Virus record (IMG/VR): IMGVR_UViG_3300037963_004246
Span: 1 to 54,861 of that record
DNA from: a virus
Lineage: Duplodnaviria > Caudoviricetes
DNA length: 54,861 bases
Direction: 5' to 3' (one strand)
Shown: in pieces, positions 51,132-54,861 of the stretch
How the letters are laid out: each line of letters opens with the position of its first letter
How positions within the stretch are numbered: the first letter of the stretch is position 1
Program-made: the position numbers and the translations under genes
The notes under the pieces: generated by a model
Told to the model about the DNA's origin: nothing
The model's input: only the letters and a program-made list of their open reading frames with translations
Databases searched by the model: none

Positions 51132-54100
51132 AGTATAGAGTTCCCAAGCGGGAAGATGCTGTTAGGGTTGTATGGCCCGCTATCCTGAACTCCGTTTAAC
51201 CAAACCATGTTGTGAGCATTTCTAAGCCGGTTCGTGTCCCCATCGTCATAGTAGCAGCGATACTTTAGCAAGTCTTTCAGGTATTCGTAATTCACACTTA
51301 TTGTAATCCTACTGTCAGCACTGAATTGTGATGTGCTGGAATAGTAGGTGGTCGGGACAGCGATTTCGTGGTATCCGTTCTTATTAACAGTAACCTTAGT
51401 CCAACCATTGTTTTCCGTAGTATTTTGTGGGCTGGCTGCTTTGTAGGTCGAATCGGTAGCAACGTCTGTTAGGACAACATAAAATTCTGCTGTGTCTATT
51501 GCCGATGCACCGCCCGATTGAGCTGTCTTTAGGGCTACTGTGACTCTTAATTCGTTGCCTGTCGTATCGCTAACAAGAGGTAAATGGTGAGGTAAATTGA
51601 CTATTTCTACTGCTTGAGATACACTTCTCGAACCATGCCAATAAAACCAATCATACCAATTAGCAGACTCACCTGTAATACTACGATTTGTATCTCCGTC
51701 TGGGGATGCGTCATTGTAGGCATCGTAACTGTTTCCGTCGAAATTACCGAAGAGTGTTGAAGTAGTCCAACGAGGCAAGTCGCCAGCACCATTACCGTGA
51801 TTGGTTACTCCGTGAGCGTCAAGGTTGCCGTCAAAGGCATTAACCATTCCTGGAAACAGCATAGATGCTCTCGGTAGTGCAGACCTACTATGTGCTGACC
51901 AATTGTTACCTCTTCCGTATGTGCATTGAGTAACGTCTGCTATGTAGCCATATCTCCCGTTTGCTAACATGAGGTCATTAGTGTTACCATCACGAATAGG
52001 TTTAACCTGTATTTTGTGTGCGGTATTTCTCAATTTTTCGTATTCAGCCTTTGCTATTGCCGTCGCCTCGCTGTCAGATGCAACCTTTCCCATATCTAAA
52101 ACCTTGAAAGATATTGAGCCTGTTGTCGTGCTTGGGTCAGGATAATCAACAAATGACCCACCACCGGCATAAAACACTCTAACATTGGTAAATTTATCTC
52201 GAGAAGAATACTTGTGTTCTGAAACCTTTGTGTTAGTCCTGTTTAACACAATACCTGTGTTATACACAGGTCTTATGTCTATTACGCCGTCACGACCGAA
52301 TGAGTAATTGAAGTTAATTTTGTTACCTGAAGTCCCCACCCTTGAACCGGAAGACAGGTTTTTTACTATACTTAGAATACTTTTGTTTCTAACGTCTGTT
52401 ACTGCACCGAATGAATCTGATGTTGAGCCGTCAATGTAAAAGTCCTTTGTTATTGGAGATTTTATCAACGCAGGCAAAGAATATGTTTGCATCCAATTCT
52501 TTGTTAGTGAAAGAGCATTCAAAAACCTAACTTGGTCGTGTAATTGAGATGTTCCGCTGTTATTCGACTTTACAAAACCGTTCATAGTCATTGTGAGCCT
52601 TAACGGGTATTCATCAGAAATGCTGCTTGTGACTTGTATAGATTCATAGGTGGTGTCGTCTTTGTCTGTGGAAAGCAAAAGCAGTTCAGTTGCCGAACCA
52701 GCAGTAGGATAAGTGGCAGAATCATAAGCCATGTGTCCTAACATTAAATCTCTAAAGTCAGTCCAATCCATACCTCTATAAGCCCATGCGTTAGGGCCGT
52801 TTGCTGCTTGTTCAAATTGATTTAGAAGTGTAGCCTTAGATATAGTCTGTATGTTGTTTAGAGCATCTTCGCCATCAATACCCACACCTGTGCTCTTCCC
52901 AACCCATGCTATATAGTGGTCTTCCACCATTTCTTCTCCATTGAAAGCCTTTAACCTACCAAAGCCTGAATGAGGAAAGTCAGTTACATCTGCCACATAT
53001 AATGTAGTGTCGTTAATTAGTATGTTCTTTGTTACTGATGTTACTGTAACATTCCAAAAGTGGTAATTTTCATTCATTGTGTAATTACTTTGAATACCTG
53101 GGTCTATTAGATTGGTTGCAGCCTGTTTCCAATAGTTATCAACCAATGCAGCATATCCGGCACTGCTGGTAATAAAATCTCCGAGTTCTTTTTTACCACC
53201 CGATGAAAAGCCTATTTGTCCCCCTGTTGCTTCTGTGTTTAGATTGAAAAATTTGCTAAAATCTAAGACTACAAATGCGCCTGCTTCATCTTCCCAATTG
53301 TCGTATTTCGACATTTGCGAGGCGGAATAGTTATTAGACCAAGCGTTGTCCGATATGGGCTGGCTTCTGGAGTTGAACGACCATATATCCAAATCTTCTC
53401 CAGGTTCAAATGATAACCAAGAATCAGTTGCGCCTTCGACTGTTTGGTCAGTAAACATCAGGTCTATTGTATAATTTTCTACTGTCGGCAATAAAAGTCC
53501 AAAGTCAGTCTTTCTTTCGCCGCCGTCTGCATCGCCTGTCCCATCGTTTCGCATATCAGCCCACAACACCCAACAGTGCTTGAAGTCATCTTCGGTATCC
53601 CTGACTTTTAGTATAGAGCCAACGGGTATATCCTGCTTAGGTGCAAATTCACCATCAAGAGTCAAATCCACCCTACCATACTTTACAACTGTTCCAGCCC
53701 TTGTAGGTGACGACTGCGTTAGGTCTGTGGCAGTGCTTGGTGCTGGAGGACAGGTTGATGCTGTAACATCTTGCCCTAATTCAGACCAAGTCACGTGCTG
53801 CTTTGAGCCTGGTCTTCGCAAGAAAAAGCAATTGGTTAAGTCTGCACTTCTCGCAGTAAATGGTGCGTGGTTATCTGTATCTCCTATATTGTTAGTGCCG
53901 TTAAATGACCTCCAACCAAACCATCTATTTTTTCCTGAAGTCAGATTCAAATTGTATTTTTCCCCGTCAGCATTTTTACCAATCATCATTGTGTCTTTTA
54001 CTCTTTCAAGAACAAATGCCCCGTTGTATTTCCCGCCATCAATACCTGTAATACCTAATTCAGAATCAAAACCTGATAAAATAACTGAAAACCCACTCTT

Positions 54101-54859
54101 AGGTGTTCCGAAGGTATCATCGTTTAGTCTTATTATTACTCTTTTATCCCATCTATCATGGCTAAATGAGCCATGACCGTAAAACCCCTTTAGGTAGTAA
54201 TCCGATTGAGTATAACCAAAGGCTGCTTTTATTAAATCAACATCACCATAAGAGTGGCTATGGGTGGAATGTATTTTATCAATATCTTTACCTGCGCCTC
54301 CAAGCCAACCCAAAGTGCTACTTGAAGTGTTGCTATCGGAAACTGCAGTAATAATACCAGAACCAAGTAGTGAACCTGATGTTGAATGGAATTCACAAAT
54401 GAGGTCTTTACCAACGCTGGTATGTAGTGCTTTAATCATCGCTGAATTAGTATCCATACGTAGTGAATATGTTGATGGGGCAGGGTCACTCACAGTCAAT
54501 GCGTGACTCATCCTACCGTTTAGGTTGCCTGTCCCAGATGGTGCATAATCACCCCAACCTGTTAGGGGGATTTCCTTTATTATTCCAAACCTCTTTCTAA
54601 ACCAAGAGTTGTCTGCCAAATCTTTCATCCAAAGAGCGTGTTTTCTTGAATGCTGTATTGTGTCGGTATTTGCATAGTCAGCATTACCCTGCAAATATGT
54701 TAATTTTAATTCATCAACGTCAGTTGAACCACTTGAGCCTGAGCCTCCAGGCATACCAAACCAGGGAGCATCTAAATATATCCTTGTTTGGTTAGCGTCA
54801 AAGACTTCATGCACACCAAAAACCTTCCAAATACCCGTATAGTTAAATGATTGAGTGGC
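51128..54859 (-). CDS. Large tail/baseplate protein, N-terminus beyond window end
   Basis: Frame stays open upstream of the track start (ATQSFNYTGIWKVFGVHE...); more than 1240 aa, S/T/G/D/N-rich, with hub-like segment FTNVRVFY...SEATAIAKAEY. Confidence 0.65.
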   Translation of the reverse strand, partial: ATQSFNYTGIWKVFGVHEVFDANQTRIYLDAPWFGMPGGSGSSGSTDVDELKLTYLQGNADYANTDTIQHSRKHALWMKDLADNSWFRKRFGIIKEIPLTGWGDYAPSGTGNLNGRMSHALTVSDPAPSTYSLRMDTNSAMIKALHTSVGKDLICEFHSTSGSLLGSGIITAVSDSNTSSSTLGWLGGAGKDIDKIHSTHSHSYGDVDLIKAAFGYTQSDYYLKGFYGHGSFSHDRWDKRVIIRLNDDTFGTPKSGFSVILSGFDSELGITGIDGGKYNGAFVLERVKDTMMIGKNADGEKYNLNLTSGKNRWFGWRSFNGTNNIGDTDNHAPFTARSADLTNCFFLRRPGSKQHVTWSELGQDVTASTCPPAPSTATDLTQSSPTRAGTVVKYGRVDLTLDGEFAPKQDIPVGSILKVRDTEDDFKHCWVLWADMRNDGTGDADGGERKTDFGLLLPTVENYTIDLMFTDQTVEGATDSWLSFEPGEDLDIWSFNSRSQPISDNAWSNNYSASQMSKYDNWEDEAGAFVVLDFSKFFNLNTEATGGQIGFSSGGKKELGDFITSSAGYAALVDNYWKQAATNLIDPGIQSNYTMNENYHFWNVTVTSVTKNILINDTTLYVADVTDFPHSGFGRLKAFNGEEMVEDHYIAWVGKSTGVGIDGEDALNNIQTISKATLLNQFEQAANGPNAWAYRGMDWTDFRDLMLGHMAYDSATYPTAGSATELLLLSTDKDDTTYESIQVTSSISDEYPLRLTMTMNGFVKSNNSGTSQLHDQVRFLNALSLTKNWMQTYSLPALIKSPITKDFYIDGSTSDSFGAVTDVRNKSILSIVKNLSSGSRVGTSGNKINFNYSFGRDGVIDIRPVYNTGIVLNRTNTKVSEHKYSSRDKFTNVRVFYAGGGSFVDYPDPSTTTGSISFKVLDMGKVASDSEATAIAKAEYEKLRNTAHKIQVKPIRDGNTNDLMLANGRYGYIADVTQCTYGRGNNWSAHSRSALPRASMLFPGMVNAFDGNLDAHGVTNHGNGAGDLPRWTTSTLFGNFDGNSYDAYNDASPDGDTNRSITGESANWYDWFYWHGSRSVSQAVEIVNLPHHLPLVSDTTGNELRVTVALKTAQSGGASAIDTAEFYVVLTDVATDSTYKAASPQNTTENNGWTKVTVNKNGYHEIAVPTTYYSSTSQFSADSRITISVNYEYLKDLLKYRCYYDDGDTNRLRNAHNMVWLNGVQDSGPYNPNSIFPLGNSIL

Positions 54860-54861
54860 TG

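Noticed and set aside
51100-51160. Frameshift splitting one tail gene at 51128-51131
   Set aside because: The ATGA overlap is the normal coupling pattern in this genome and no slippery site is evident; homolog comparison is needed.

Overview
Part of a tailed dsDNA virus genome. The replication machinery is archaeal: PolB, PCNA-like clamp, RFC, MCM-like ATPase, PriS-PriL primase, ERCC4 nuclease, TATA promoters and GGTGA-type RBSs. Together with GroEL/GroES this best fits a marine Poseidoniales (MGII) 'magrovirus'-like virus; the taxonomy is inference, no search was run. Layout: 1-13.6 kb morphogenesis on the minus strand (collagen-like fibre, capsid, protease/scaffold, portal); 13.9-16.9 kb phosphoesterase and terminase; 17-31.5 kb probable early region of small, often Cys-rich ORFs plus ArdC and a pyrimidine-dimer glycosylase; 31.7-50 kb replication, modification and chaperonin genes; 50-54.9 kb tail genes on the minus strand. 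The main unusual signal concerns the trinucleotide SAG (CAG/GAG, CTG/CTC on the other strand). It is absent from a 1.72-kb island (17019-18741), packed densely in three nearby intergenic clusters, and present as CAG exactly 10 bp upstream of seven TATA boxes. The genome also encodes an ABC-ATPase fused to a Mom-like GNAT domain, flanked by wHTH genes. This suggests, as a hypothesis only, a SAG-directed DNA modification or recognition system that patterns early transcription or genome entry.
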